Assembly: GCA_965213675.1 (NCBI GenBank)
Contig: OZ243916.1
Location: 2,080,001 to 2,144,000 of the forward strand
DNA length: 64,000 nucleotides
DNA from: an uncultured Candidatus Binatia bacterium
Lineage (GTDB): Bacteria; Desulfobacterota; Binatia; UBA9968; JAJDTQ01
Reading direction: 5' to 3'
The notes beneath the pieces are model-generated. The model made no database searches, was not told the DNA's origin, and saw nothing but the letters and a program-made list of their open reading frames with translations. Of the stretch, positions 29,746 to 38,360 are shown one piece after another (the first letter of the stretch is position 1; every line of letters starts with the position of its first letter). The position numbers and the translations under genes were made by a program.

Positions 29746-30696
29746 TCAGGCTCCCGGCTCCGTCAGGAGCTTGTCCACGTCCTCCGGCGCCTCCACGTGG
29801 AGGCTGCGCACCCCCCGGTCGATGCGCCGGATGAGTCCCGAGAGGACCCTGCCCGGACCCAGTTCCACGGCGCGCTCGCAACCCAAGTCTACCAGCGTGC
29901 GCACCGACTCGTCCCATCGAACCGGCGCCACCACCTGTTCCACCAACAGGGGCTTGACCCGCGCCGGATCCGTGTTCACCGTCGCCTCCACGTTGGTGAC
30001 CACCCCCACCGACAAGGAATTCACCTCCACGTCCTCCAGCACCTCCCGCAAGCCCTCCGCCGCGGGCTGCATCAACGCGCAGTGGAACGGCGCGCTCACC
30101 GCCAGTTCCACGACCTTGCGCGCGCCTCGCTCTCGCGCCAGTTGCGCCACCCGTCGCACGGCCGCGCGCGCGCCCGACACCACCACCTGCCCGCCGCCGT
30201 TGAGGTTGGCCGGGGCCACCACCTCGCCGTCCGCCGCCTCGGCGCAAACGTCCCGTACGTCAGCCGCCTCCAGCCCGAGAATGGCGGCCATGCCCCCCTC
30301 TCCCTCGGGCACGGCCCGCTGCATCAGACGGCCGCGCTCCCGCACGACCCTCACCGCGTCCGCCAGCCGGAGCGCGCCCGCGCACACCAAAGCGCTGTAC
30401 TCCCCGAGGCTGTGCCCGGCCACCCACGCAGGCTTGAGGCCCGTCCGGCCTTCCAGCGCACGCAGGGCGGCCACGGACGCCGTCAGGATCGCCGGCTGGG
30501 TGTTTTCCGTGCGGTCGAGGTCAGCCTTCGGGCCGTGGAAGCAAAGCTCACGCAAACCGAAGCGCACGGCATCTTCCGCCTCCTCGAATACGGCCGTGGC
30601 TTCCGGGAACCGATCACACAAGGCTTGGCCCATGCCCACGTGCTGGGAGCCTTGCCCGGGAAAGACAAAGGCGGTTTGTGTCTGATCCGTCGCCAT
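29746..30696 (-). CDS. fabD: Malonyl CoA-ACP transacylase
   Basis: FPGQGSQ, GHSLGE and VSAPFH motifs. Confidence 0.96.
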   Translation of the reverse strand: MATDQTQTAFVFPGQGSQHVGMGQALCDRFPEATAVFEEAEDAVRFGLRELCFHGPKADLDRTENTQPAILTASVAALRALEGRTGLKPAWVAGHSLGEYSALVCAGALRLADAVRVVRERGRLMQRAVPEGEGGMAAILGLEAADVRDVCAEAADGEVVAPANLNGGGQVVVSGARAAVRRVAQLARERGARKVVELAVSAPFHCALMQPAAEGLREVLEDVEVNSLSVGVVTNVEATVNTDPARVKPLLVEQVVAPVRWDESVRTLVDLGCERAVELGPGRVLSGLIRRIDRGVRSLHVEAPEDVDKLLTEPGA

Positions 30697-30698
30697 TC

Positions 30699-31685
30699 TC
30701 AACCAAGCGCGCTCACGATATCGTTGTTGATGTCTTGCGACGCGGCCTCGGCCGCGACCCGGACGGCGTTCTTGATGGCCTTGGCGGAAGAGCCGCCGTG
30801 GGCGACGATGGCAATACCGTTCAAGCCGATCAGCGGCGCACCGCCGTAGTGCGCGTAGTCGAGACGGTCGTAAGCGCGTCTGATGGCGCTGCGGCTCAAC
30901 AGGTAACCCAACCGGCTCGACAGACTGCTGCGGAACGAGTCCTTGAGCACCGTGGAAACGAACTGTCCGAGACCCTCCATGGTCTTCAGCGCGACATTGC
31001 CCGTGAAGCCGTCGCAGACCACCACGTGCACCCGCCCGTTGGTTATATCCCGGCCCTCCACGTAACCCACGAAGTTCAAGTCCGAACCGCGCAACTCACC
31101 AAGCGCGTCACGCGTGAGGTCATTGCCCTTGCTCTCCTCCTCGCCGTTGCTCAACACACCCACGCGCGGGCGCGCGACGCCGAGGATCTTCTCGGAATAA
31201 ATGGCGCCCATATGCGCGAACTGCACAAGCTGCCGGGGCTTGCAGTCGGTATTGGCGCCCCCGTCCACCAACACCGTCCCCCCGGATAGCGAAGGGCTTA
31301 CCGCCAGGATCGCTGGCCGGTCCACGCCTGGCAACCGGCCCAGCACCAGCATGCCGATGGCCATCATGGCCCCGGAATTGCCCGCGCTCACCACCGCGTC
31401 CCCTTCCCCGGCCTTCAGCCGGTCGAAGGCGACTCTCATGGAGGAGTCCTTCTGCTTCAACGCGCGACTGGGCGAGTCGTGCATGTCGATGAAGGTCGCC
31501 GCGGAAAGGACGTGTACAGCCGACGGGTCGTACCTGCGCGCCGACAGTTCAGACTCCACGGCGTCTCCCTGGCTGACCAGCGTCACCTCCACCCCATACT
31601 CCGCCGCGGCTTCCAGAGTTCCGGCCACAACGACGCCCGAGCCGTGGTCACCGCCCATCGCGTCAACGATGATCCGCCGCATCAC
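30699..31685 (-). CDS. plsX: Phosphate acyltransferase PlsX
   Basis: DAMGGD, SAGNSGA, GEEESKG and DGFTGNVALK motifs. Confidence 0.96.
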   Translation of the reverse strand: MMRRIIVDAMGGDHGSGVVVAGTLEAAAEYGVEVTLVSQGDAVESELSARRYDPSAVHVLSAATFIDMHDSPSRALKQKDSSMRVAFDRLKAGEGDAVVSAGNSGAMMAIGMLVLGRLPGVDRPAILAVSPSLSGGTVLVDGGANTDCKPRQLVQFAHMGAIYSEKILGVARPRVGVLSNGEEESKGNDLTRDALGELRGSDLNFVGYVEGRDITNGRVHVVVCDGFTGNVALKTMEGLGQFVSTVLKDSFRSSLSSRLGYLLSRSAIRRAYDRLDYAHYGGAPLIGLNGIAIVAHGGSSAKAIKNAVRVAAEAASQDINNDIVSALG

Positions 31686-31715
31686 GCACCGGGGACAGGC
31701 GCACTCCGGGACACC

Positions 31716-31898
31716 CTAGGTGTCTTCGCCGGTCGTCACCGGCCGCGCCTTGTAGTAGCCGCAAGCGTCACAGACCCTGTGCCGCAGCATCGCCGCGCCA
31801 CAACGGGAACAAGTCACCCACTGCGGCGCGGCGATGGCGTCATGGGAGCGGCGCTTGTTGCGTTTGCTGTTGGAAGTTCTTCTTTTGGGTACGGGCAT
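31716..31898 (-). CDS. rpmF: 50S ribosomal protein L32 (Zn-ribbon form)
   Basis: MPVPKRRTS..KRNKRRSH..CSRC..HRVCDACGYY. Confidence 0.95.
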   Translation of the reverse strand: MPVPKRRTSNSKRNKRRSHDAIAAPQWVTCSRCGAAMLRHRVCDACGYYKARPVTTGEDT

Positions 31899-31911
31899 GT
31901 CCTTGTCCTGC

Positions 31912-32096
31912 CTGGTGTGGCGTGCCGCAAATACGTTGATGCATATGCGCAGGAATTCTTGTCGCCGGCAAGGCGCCATGCCTTGCCGGAGCGGCCGGCG
32001 ATCACTCCTGCGTGACGGGCGCCACGCGTGAAGGAGCCACGCAGCCGGCGGCGAAACCCGCATTTACGTCTACGAATTTACGGTACGCAACATCGG
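31912..32096 (+). mobile_element. Remodelled family A element between yceD and rpmF
   Basis: CTGG + TGTGGCGTGCCGCAAATACGTTGA arm; GGCAAGGCGC and ACGCAGCCGGCGGCGAA core ends; added hairpin CCGGCAAGGC-GCCAT-GCCTTGCCGG. Confidence 0.7.
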
Positions 32097-32120
32097 TTCG
32101 TGGTTGCCGACCTGCCGGAG

Positions 32121-32642
32121 CTACGACCGGTCCAGTCGGAGGTTGCGAAAAACGGCCATACGGGGATCCCCCGGCAACGTGCACCCGCACGTGGTCCGGT
32201 TCAATTCAGCGCCGCAGTCGGGGCACAGGCCGCGGCAATTCTCACTGCACAGGGGCCGGAGGGGAAGGGCGAGCAGCGTCTGCTCACGGACGAAGGGCGC
32301 GAGGTCGATGTCCTCCCCGGTGTAGAAGCTCAAGCCCATTTCGTCCGCCGTCAACTCCTTGCTCTTGTTAGTCGGAAGGGGGTCCGGGGTCAATACGAAG
32401 TCGAACGATTTCTCGATCACGAAGCCGCACGCTTCCAGACAGCGGCTGCACTCGGCTTCCGCCTCCCCCTTGAGACTCCCGTGGAAGAAGACCTCCCGTC
32501 CAGACCGATAGTAGGAGACCTCCACCTGAATCGGTGACGGGAGGCGGACCCCCGCTGGAACTCCTTCCCGAACAACGTCGAGAACTTCGGCGAAACGCGT
32601 CTCCCTGGGTACGGTGTCGATACGGCTAAGGGGGATTCTCAA
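32121..32642 (-). CDS. yceD: DUF177/YceD family protein
   Basis: ECSRCL and LCSENCRGLCPDCGAELN..C.C..DPR motifs; TTG start with GGAG; upstream of rpmF. Confidence 0.9.
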   Translation of the reverse strand: MRIPLSRIDTVPRETRFAEVLDVVREGVPAGVRLPSPIQVEVSYYRSGREVFFHGSLKGEAEAECSRCLEACGFVIEKSFDFVLTPDPLPTNKSKELTADEMGLSFYTGEDIDLAPFVREQTLLALPLRPLCSENCRGLCPDCGAELNRTTCGCTLPGDPRMAVFRNLRLDRS

Positions 32643-32663
32643 GGCCGCTCCAGTCAAACAATC

Positions 32664-32693
32664 TTCATAGCTGGCAGCCGCGAAGCCTGTCAA
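32664..32693 (-). promoter_or_regulatory. Putative sigma70 promoter of the yceD-rpmF-plsX-fab operon
   Basis: TTGACA, 18 nt, TATGAA on the minus strand. Confidence 0.5.
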
Positions 32694-32837
32694 TCTCCCG
32701 GGCTCTGCGGCCACCGGCGCGCCTTGTGCAGGTGAATCGTTTCTGTTAACGCATGTCTCCGTGAGTTTTCCTCCGCACGTCCGACACGCTTGGCCTCGAA
32801 GCCCCGCCCGCTCGCGCCACACCGTGGGAGCGGCCGC

Positions 32838-33746
32838 GTGAACGCCCGCCTCGGACTGGTGCACGCCGTGCTGCTGGCCACGGCGGACCTCGGCGCCACG
32901 GTGCCGCCGCAGCACCCATCCGCCCGGAACCTCGGCACCGAGCGCATGGGCTCGGGAACCGTCGTCGATCCGGCCGGCGTCATCCTGACGGTGAATTATG
33001 TCGTGAACGGCGCCGACTCCATCACTGTAACGCTCTCCGACGGGAAACAATACCCCGGACAGATCATGGCGCAGGACTTCGACAGCGGCATCGCGCTGGT
33101 GAAGATCGACGCCCGCGACCTGCCCTTTCTGCGCCCGGCGGAAACCGTGACCGTGGGTCAGCCCGCCTTCATGATCGCCAGCAGCGGCGACCACAACCGG
33201 CGCGTCAGCGACGGCTACGTGACCTCGCTGGAAGGGTACGACGGACAGTGGGAGTACATGCTGGAGAAGTCCATCCGTGTGAGCGCCTTCAATCCGGGCT
33301 TCGGCGGCGGCACCCTGGCGGACTCCCGCGGACGGCTGCTGGGGGTCGTGTCGCTGAACCTCAACGAAATCGGAAAGTTCACCATGGCCATCCCGGTGGA
33401 GTTCTACCTCCGGGACGCGGATGAGCTGCGGAATTTCGGCCGGGTACGCAGCCGCCCCGCGCGCCCCTGGCTCGGCCTGTACTCGCAGGCCATGGGCGGG
33501 CACCTGCTGGTCACCGGCGTGACGCCGTCCGGGCCCGCGGAAACGGCGGGGCTCAAGCAGGGCGACATCATTCTGGCCGTGGAGGACCAGGACGTGCAGA
33601 CCCGACCCCAGCTCTACCGGGAAATGTGGAAGAGGCAGGCGGGCGATGTCATCACCTTCCGCGTGATCCGGGGCAACGGCTCCATGGACATCGCGGTTCC
33701 CAGCATCGACCGCTGGGAGCGCAACAACCCGCCAAGCGGCGCCTGA
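32838..33746 (+). CDS. Trypsin-like (S1C/HtrA) + PDZ protein lacking the catalytic triad
   Basis: GSG.VVD..GVILTVNYVV, SGIALV and NPGFGGG; C-terminal PDZ (PWLGL, SGPAETAGLKQGDII). Confidence 0.85.
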   Translation: MNARLGLVHAVLLATADLGATVPPQHPSARNLGTERMGSGTVVDPAGVILTVNYVVNGADSITVTLSDGKQYPGQIMAQDFDSGIALVKIDARDLPFLRPAETVTVGQPAFMIASSGDHNRRVSDGYVTSLEGYDGQWEYMLEKSIRVSAFNPGFGGGTLADSRGRLLGVVSLNLNEIGKFTMAIPVEFYLRDADELRNFGRVRSRPARPWLGLYSQAMGGHLLVTGVTPSGPAETAGLKQGDIILAVEDQDVQTRPQLYREMWKRQAGDVITFRVIRGNGSMDIAVPSIDRWERNNPPSGA

Positions 33747-33829
33747 GAACGGCGCAAGCTCCCAGGCCGTGCCGGCCACGGTCCGGGCCCGGAGCGCTGG
33801 ACACGGTCATTGACGAAGCGGTGCGCCGC

Positions 33830-34231
33830 GTGAAGAACGTCACCTCCTATCGCGTCATCTACGGCGACACGGACCAGATGGGCGTCGCCTACTACGCCAA
33901 CTATCTTCGCTGGTTCGAGATCGGCAGGACCGAGTTCATGCGCGAGGCCGGCGTTCCGTATGACCAGGCCGAACGGGAGGGCATCTTCTTCCCCGTGACC
34001 GAAGTGCAGTGCCGCTATCGCAAGCCGGCCCTCTACGACCACCTGCTGTGGATCGAGACCACCATCGAATCCGTGAGTCCGGTGGCGGTGCGGTTCCATT
34101 ACCGCATCGGTCTCGAAGGGGAGCGCACCGCGCTGGCGTCGGGCTGGACGAAGCACGCCTGCCTGGGCCGCGAGCGCCGGCTGACGCCGTTGCCCGAAAC
34201 CTATGTCCGCCGCCTGGGGCTCACGGTCTGA
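33830..34231 (+). CDS. YbgC/FadM-like acyl-CoA thioesterase
   Basis: RVIYGDTDQMGVAYYANYLRWFEIGR motif. Start may be 33821. Confidence 0.9.
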   Translation: MKNVTSYRVIYGDTDQMGVAYYANYLRWFEIGRTEFMREAGVPYDQAEREGIFFPVTEVQCRYRKPALYDHLLWIETTIESVSPVAVRFHYRIGLEGERTALASGWTKHACLGRERRLTPLPETYVRRLGLTV

Positions 34232-34270
34232 CCGCGGCTCCGACCCAAGGGCGCTGTTCCAAACGATGTA

Positions 34271-35605
34271 TCAGGGAGCCGGCTCCACCGCGGCTTGCAG
34301 GCCGGCGGCGGCTTCGAGGCGAGGGGCGCCGTAGGTCTCCGCGACACACCGCAAGAGCGCAATATTGTTCGCGTGTCCCGTCATCCGCGCGCTCACCCGG
34401 CCCCGGATCGGACGGCCGATGAGCGAGAAGTCGCCAACGATGTCCAGTATCTTGTGACGTACGAACTCGTCGTCGAAGCGCAGGGCGGTGTTGATGACCC
34501 GCTCGTCGTCAATGAGGATACAGTTGCCGAGGCGGCCGCCCTTGATCAACCCCATCCGTTCGAGTTTCTCGAAATCGCGCAGGAAGCCGAAGGTCCGCGC
34601 CGGGGCGATCTCGTCCCGAAACGATCCCGCCCCCTCGTGGACGTAGGTGTATTCCTGGGTGCCCACGGGGCTCGGATAACTCAGGTGATAGCGCACCGTG
34701 AAGACGTCCGCCGGTTCGATGACGATCTCCTCCGGTCCGCTGCCGCGAACACGCAGGGTTCGATCGATGACGATCTCCGGACACACCCCCTCCTGTTCTT
34801 CCACCCCCGCTTCCTCGATCAGGCGGCAAAACTCCAGGGCCGAGCCGTCCAGGATGGGGATCTCGCCGTACATCTTGATCAGCAGATTGGTGATGCCATA
34901 GGCGTGAAGGGCCGCCATCAGGTGCTCGACGGTACCCACCACCGCGCCGCCACGGCGCAACGACGTGGCGAAGTCGGTGGAGCGCACGAAGTCCAGGTGG
35001 GCCGGAACGGTGGCGTCGCCGGAGATGCCGCCGAAGTGAATGCCGCTGTCGGCCGGCAACGGGTGCAGGATCACGCCGGTGCTGACGCCCGAGTGCAACC
35101 CCAGCCCGCATGCCACGACGCTCTTGCGGAGGGTTCTCTGGCGTGCGCCGCCGTCCGCGCCAACAGCCGTGGCCGACGGCGCGGGCATCCGGCACAACCG
35201 CGGCCGTTCCCCGGCCGCCGGACCCTCGCGCCCCGCGTTGCCGCAGGCGCGCTCGATGGTGGCCAGCAACCCGTCCAGGGAAAGCGGCTTCTCGATGAAG
35301 TCGAAGGCGCCGAGCTTGGTCGCCGTGACCGCCGTGTGGATGCTTCCATGACCTGAAATCATGATGACGCGGGCCTCGGGATGCGCGCTCTTGATCTGCT
35401 TCAACAGCACGATTCCGTCCATCTCGGGCATCCAGATGTCCAGCAGGATCACGTCGGGCGCCTCTTGCGCCACCCGTTGCAGGACCTCGGACCCCTCGGT
35501 CGCCGCGATCACCCGGTAACCCTCGTCGGCAAGGATCTCGCGTACGGTCTCGCGGATGACGTCCTCGTCATCCACCACCAGCACGGTTCGTTGCGCTGCC
35601 TGCAT
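34271..35605 (-). CDS. lpxC: Response-regulator receiver domain fused to UDP-3-O-acyl-GlcNAc deacetylase (REC-LpxC)
   Basis: REC: VDDE, LLDIWMP, ISGHG, FIEKP. LpxC: QRTL, GLHSG, TVEHLMAAL, DGSA, ARTFGF, HKILD..GD, GH..N. One uninterrupted frame. Confidence 0.92.
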   Translation of the reverse strand: MQAAQRTVLVVDDEDVIRETVREILADEGYRVIAATEGSEVLQRVAQEAPDVILLDIWMPEMDGIVLLKQIKSAHPEARVIMISGHGSIHTAVTATKLGAFDFIEKPLSLDGLLATIERACGNAGREGPAAGERPRLCRMPAPSATAVGADGGARQRTLRKSVVACGLGLHSGVSTGVILHPLPADSGIHFGGISGDATVPAHLDFVRSTDFATSLRRGGAVVGTVEHLMAALHAYGITNLLIKMYGEIPILDGSALEFCRLIEEAGVEEQEGVCPEIVIDRTLRVRGSGPEEIVIEPADVFTVRYHLSYPSPVGTQEYTYVHEGAGSFRDEIAPARTFGFLRDFEKLERMGLIKGGRLGNCILIDDERVINTALRFDDEFVRHKILDIVGDFSLIGRPIRGRVSARMTGHANNIALLRCVAETYGAPRLEAAAGLQAAVEPAP

Positions 35606-35670
35606 GGTCCTTGATCCCTCCACAAAAGGCGCGGGGCCGAACCCCGGCTTCCGCGCTCGCGCGTCACGCG

Positions 35671-37914
35671 TCACGACGCCTCGCTCACGCGCACCTCCAG
35701 CGGTTCCGCCTGCGCCGCCACCGGAAACTCGATGATGAAGCGTGTGCCGCGGGGCTGGTTCTGGCGCACGCGAATGTAGCCCCGATGGTCGGCCACGATG
35801 GTGCCGACTATGGAGAGCCCCAGTCCCGTGCCCTCGTCCTTGGTCGAATAGTACGGTTCGAAGATCCGACCCCGATCCTCCCGGGCGATGCCCCCGCCCT
35901 CGTCCGCCACCTCCAGCCGCACCATGCCGAAGGCCTCATCGAAACGCGTGGTGATCTCGATGCGTCCGCTGCCGCCCAGGGACGCCACCGCATTGTCCAG
36001 CAGGTTGAACAAGGCGCGCTTGATCTGCTCGCGGTCCAGCTCCACCAGCGGAATGGCGTCCCGCTCCAGGAAATCGAATTCCACTTCCCGGTGGCCTTCC
36101 TTGAAGAGGAACAGCGCCTCCCGCACCACCTCGTTCAGGTCGTCGGCGCCGAGCCTGGCCGTGGGCAGGCGCGCGAAATTCGAGAACTCGTTCACCAGTG
36201 TCTTGAGCTCGTCCACCTGGCGGATAATCGTGGAAGTGCACTTGTCGAGCACCGCGCCGTCTCCGTCCAGAACGTTCTCGTAGCGCTTGCGCAGACGCTG
36301 CGCCGATAGCTGAATCGGCGTCAGCGGGTTCTTGATCTCGTGGGCGATGCGGCGCGCCACCTCGCGCCATGCCTCCACGCGCTGCATGCTCTGGATCTCG
36401 GTGAGATCTTCCATAAACACCATGACCCCGAGCGTGTGGCCCTCGTCATCGCGCAGGTCGGCGGCCACGGTCATAAGCGTCCGGCCGCGCTCAGCGCCGC
36501 CGATACGCACGCCGCACTCCACCGTGACGCCGTCCTTCACCTGCTCGATGACCTCGAGCAGGGGCTGCAACTCCGGCGCCTCCAGCGCCTCCTCGTAGCG
36601 CCGCTGCAGGATGTCCGGGGCGCGGAGATCCAGGATCTGCTCCGCGGCCTTGTTGACGATGGTCACCTTGCCGAACCGATCCACCGAGATCACCCCGGCG
36701 GTGATGTTGGCGAGCAGCGTCTCCATGTATTGCCGCCGCTGCTCCAGTTCGGAGTGTGTGCGCTTGAGGTCCTCGGTCATCTGGTTGAATGAGGTCACCA
36801 GCGTGCCGATCTCGTCGTCGCCACCGCTCTCGATGCGGTAGTCCAGGTTGCCGTGGGCGACTTCGTGGGTGCCCTCGGCCAACTGCTGAATCGGCACGGT
36901 GATGCCCTTGGCCAGCGCAAAGCCGAACCACGACGCCGCGAAGATCATCACCAGGGTGATGAGCAGCAGCGTCAGCATGTACGCGTTCTTCACCGGCTCG
37001 TTGAGGATGGCCATGTGTTTGTACTCTTCGTACGAACGGGCGATGGCCTGCGCCTTCTTGCTGACGCTCACGGGCACGAAGTAGTCCACCACCACCGCGC
37101 CGATGATCCGCCTGCCCTCGCCGTAGACCGGCACCGCGCCGCGCAGCACGTCGCCATCACCCAGCGCCTCGCTCCGCGTCACCTCGAGGCCGCGCAACGC
37201 GCTATCGAGGAAATCCGCCCGGGGCCTGACCATCACTCCCGTGGGCACCTGGTCGTTGAACGCCTTCACCAACGCCGTGCCGTCCGGCTTGTAGACCTCC
37301 ACCGTGCCGAGGTTGTATTCCCGCTGCTTCTCCTCCACCAGGCGCTTCAACCGGTCTGCGTTCCGGGACTCGAAGAGATCCGCGTCACCGATGCGGTAGC
37401 TCAGCTCGCGGGCGAAGAAGAGCGCGTTGTCGGCCGAGTTCCGGTAGTAGGCGGAGCTGATGTCAAGGGAGCCGCTGAGCGCGTTGACCACCTGGGCGTC
37501 GAACCATTTGTCCACGGAACGGGTCACGAGGCTTCCGGCTGTCAGGAACAGCAGCACCGTGGGCACGAGCGAGAGACCGATGAACGCCAGCACCAAGCGG
37601 GCCTGGAGGCGCGAACCCAGAATGCGCCGGCGCCGGTCCAGCACCAGTTTCAGGAGGTTCCGCGCCACCAGGAACACCAGCAGCGCCAGCAGGATGATGT
37701 TGATGTTGACCAGCAGGAAGAACGCGATGTTGCTGACGAGGGTGTAGTCCGCGGAAACCTCGGGCAGGATATCCTCGAAAAACGCGAACAGCAGAATCAT
37801 CAGGGCGGCGATGAGAATCAGCCACCATTCGCGCCGGCGGCGCCTGCCTTCCGCGAATTGAAGCGCCTGCGCCTTTCCTTCGTCGGCTTTGGCTGTGCTC
37901 ATTGGAGTGGCCAT
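35671..37914 (-). CDS. ntrY: NtrY-like membrane sensor histidine kinase (TM-periplasmic-HAMP-PAS-HisKA-HATPase)
   Basis: WREVARRIAHEIKNPLTPIQLSAQRL H-box, NLLDNA, D.G.G, FEPYYSTK and GTGLGL motifs. Confidence 0.9.
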   Translation of the reverse strand: MATPMSTAKADEGKAQALQFAEGRRRRREWWLILIAALMILLFAFFEDILPEVSADYTLVSNIAFFLLVNINIILLALLVFLVARNLLKLVLDRRRRILGSRLQARLVLAFIGLSLVPTVLLFLTAGSLVTRSVDKWFDAQVVNALSGSLDISSAYYRNSADNALFFARELSYRIGDADLFESRNADRLKRLVEEKQREYNLGTVEVYKPDGTALVKAFNDQVPTGVMVRPRADFLDSALRGLEVTRSEALGDGDVLRGAVPVYGEGRRIIGAVVVDYFVPVSVSKKAQAIARSYEEYKHMAILNEPVKNAYMLTLLLITLVMIFAASWFGFALAKGITVPIQQLAEGTHEVAHGNLDYRIESGGDDEIGTLVTSFNQMTEDLKRTHSELEQRRQYMETLLANITAGVISVDRFGKVTIVNKAAEQILDLRAPDILQRRYEEALEAPELQPLLEVIEQVKDGVTVECGVRIGGAERGRTLMTVAADLRDDEGHTLGVMVFMEDLTEIQSMQRVEAWREVARRIAHEIKNPLTPIQLSAQRLRKRYENVLDGDGAVLDKCTSTIIRQVDELKTLVNEFSNFARLPTARLGADDLNEVVREALFLFKEGHREVEFDFLERDAIPLVELDREQIKRALFNLLDNAVASLGGSGRIEITTRFDEAFGMVRLEVADEGGGIAREDRGRIFEPYYSTKDEGTGLGLSIVGTIVADHRGYIRVRQNQPRGTRFIIEFPVAAQAEPLEVRVSEAS

Positions 37915-37955
37915 GACGGCTTCCCAAGCGCGGAATACGAATGCACCGGATCACA

Positions 37956-38120
37956 CTAGTGTCGCGTTCCGCAAATACGTTGACAAATCTGCTTGTCCTT
38001 TCTGCCGTCCGCTGCGTTGCTCTTCCTCGCGTGGCACACGCCACTGCTCGCCATCGCGCCTTGCCGACAACAAAATTTCCTGCGCATCTTCGTCAACGTA
38101 CTTGCGGAACGCAACACTAG
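37956..38120 (-). mobile_element. Family A element (first of a tandem pair)
   Basis: CTAG flanks; 157 bp; arms TGTCGCGTTCCGCAAATACGTTGAC / GTCAACGTACTTGCGGAACGCAACA. Confidence 0.9.
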
Positions 38121-38281
38121 TGTGGTGTCTGGTTAATTCGCGTCATAATCTGCGGGTCATTTTCGCCGTCGGCTGCGTTGCTCTTCCTCGCGTGGTACAC
38201 GCCACTGCTCGTCATCGCGCCTTGCCGACAACAAAATTTCCTCCGCACATTATGACGCGAATTAACCAGACGCCACACTAG
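38117..38281 (-). mobile_element. Family A element (second of the tandem pair, different arm sequence)
   Basis: CTAG flanks (left one shared); 157 bp; arms TGTGGTGTCTGGTTAATTCGCGTCATAAT / ATTATGACGCGAATTAACCAGACGCCACA. Confidence 0.9.
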
Positions 38282-38360
38282 ACCTTCCACCCGCAAAGCA
38301 CAAAGGGAAAGATCGTCCAGGGAAGAGCCTGATCATGCGCGCCAGCGCTTCGCAGCGCGC

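Noticed and set aside
32121-33779. 552-aa ORF suggesting a large DUF177 fusion
   Set aside because: The upstream part is antisense to the S1C/PDZ gene; DUF177 has its own TTG start, RBS and promoter.
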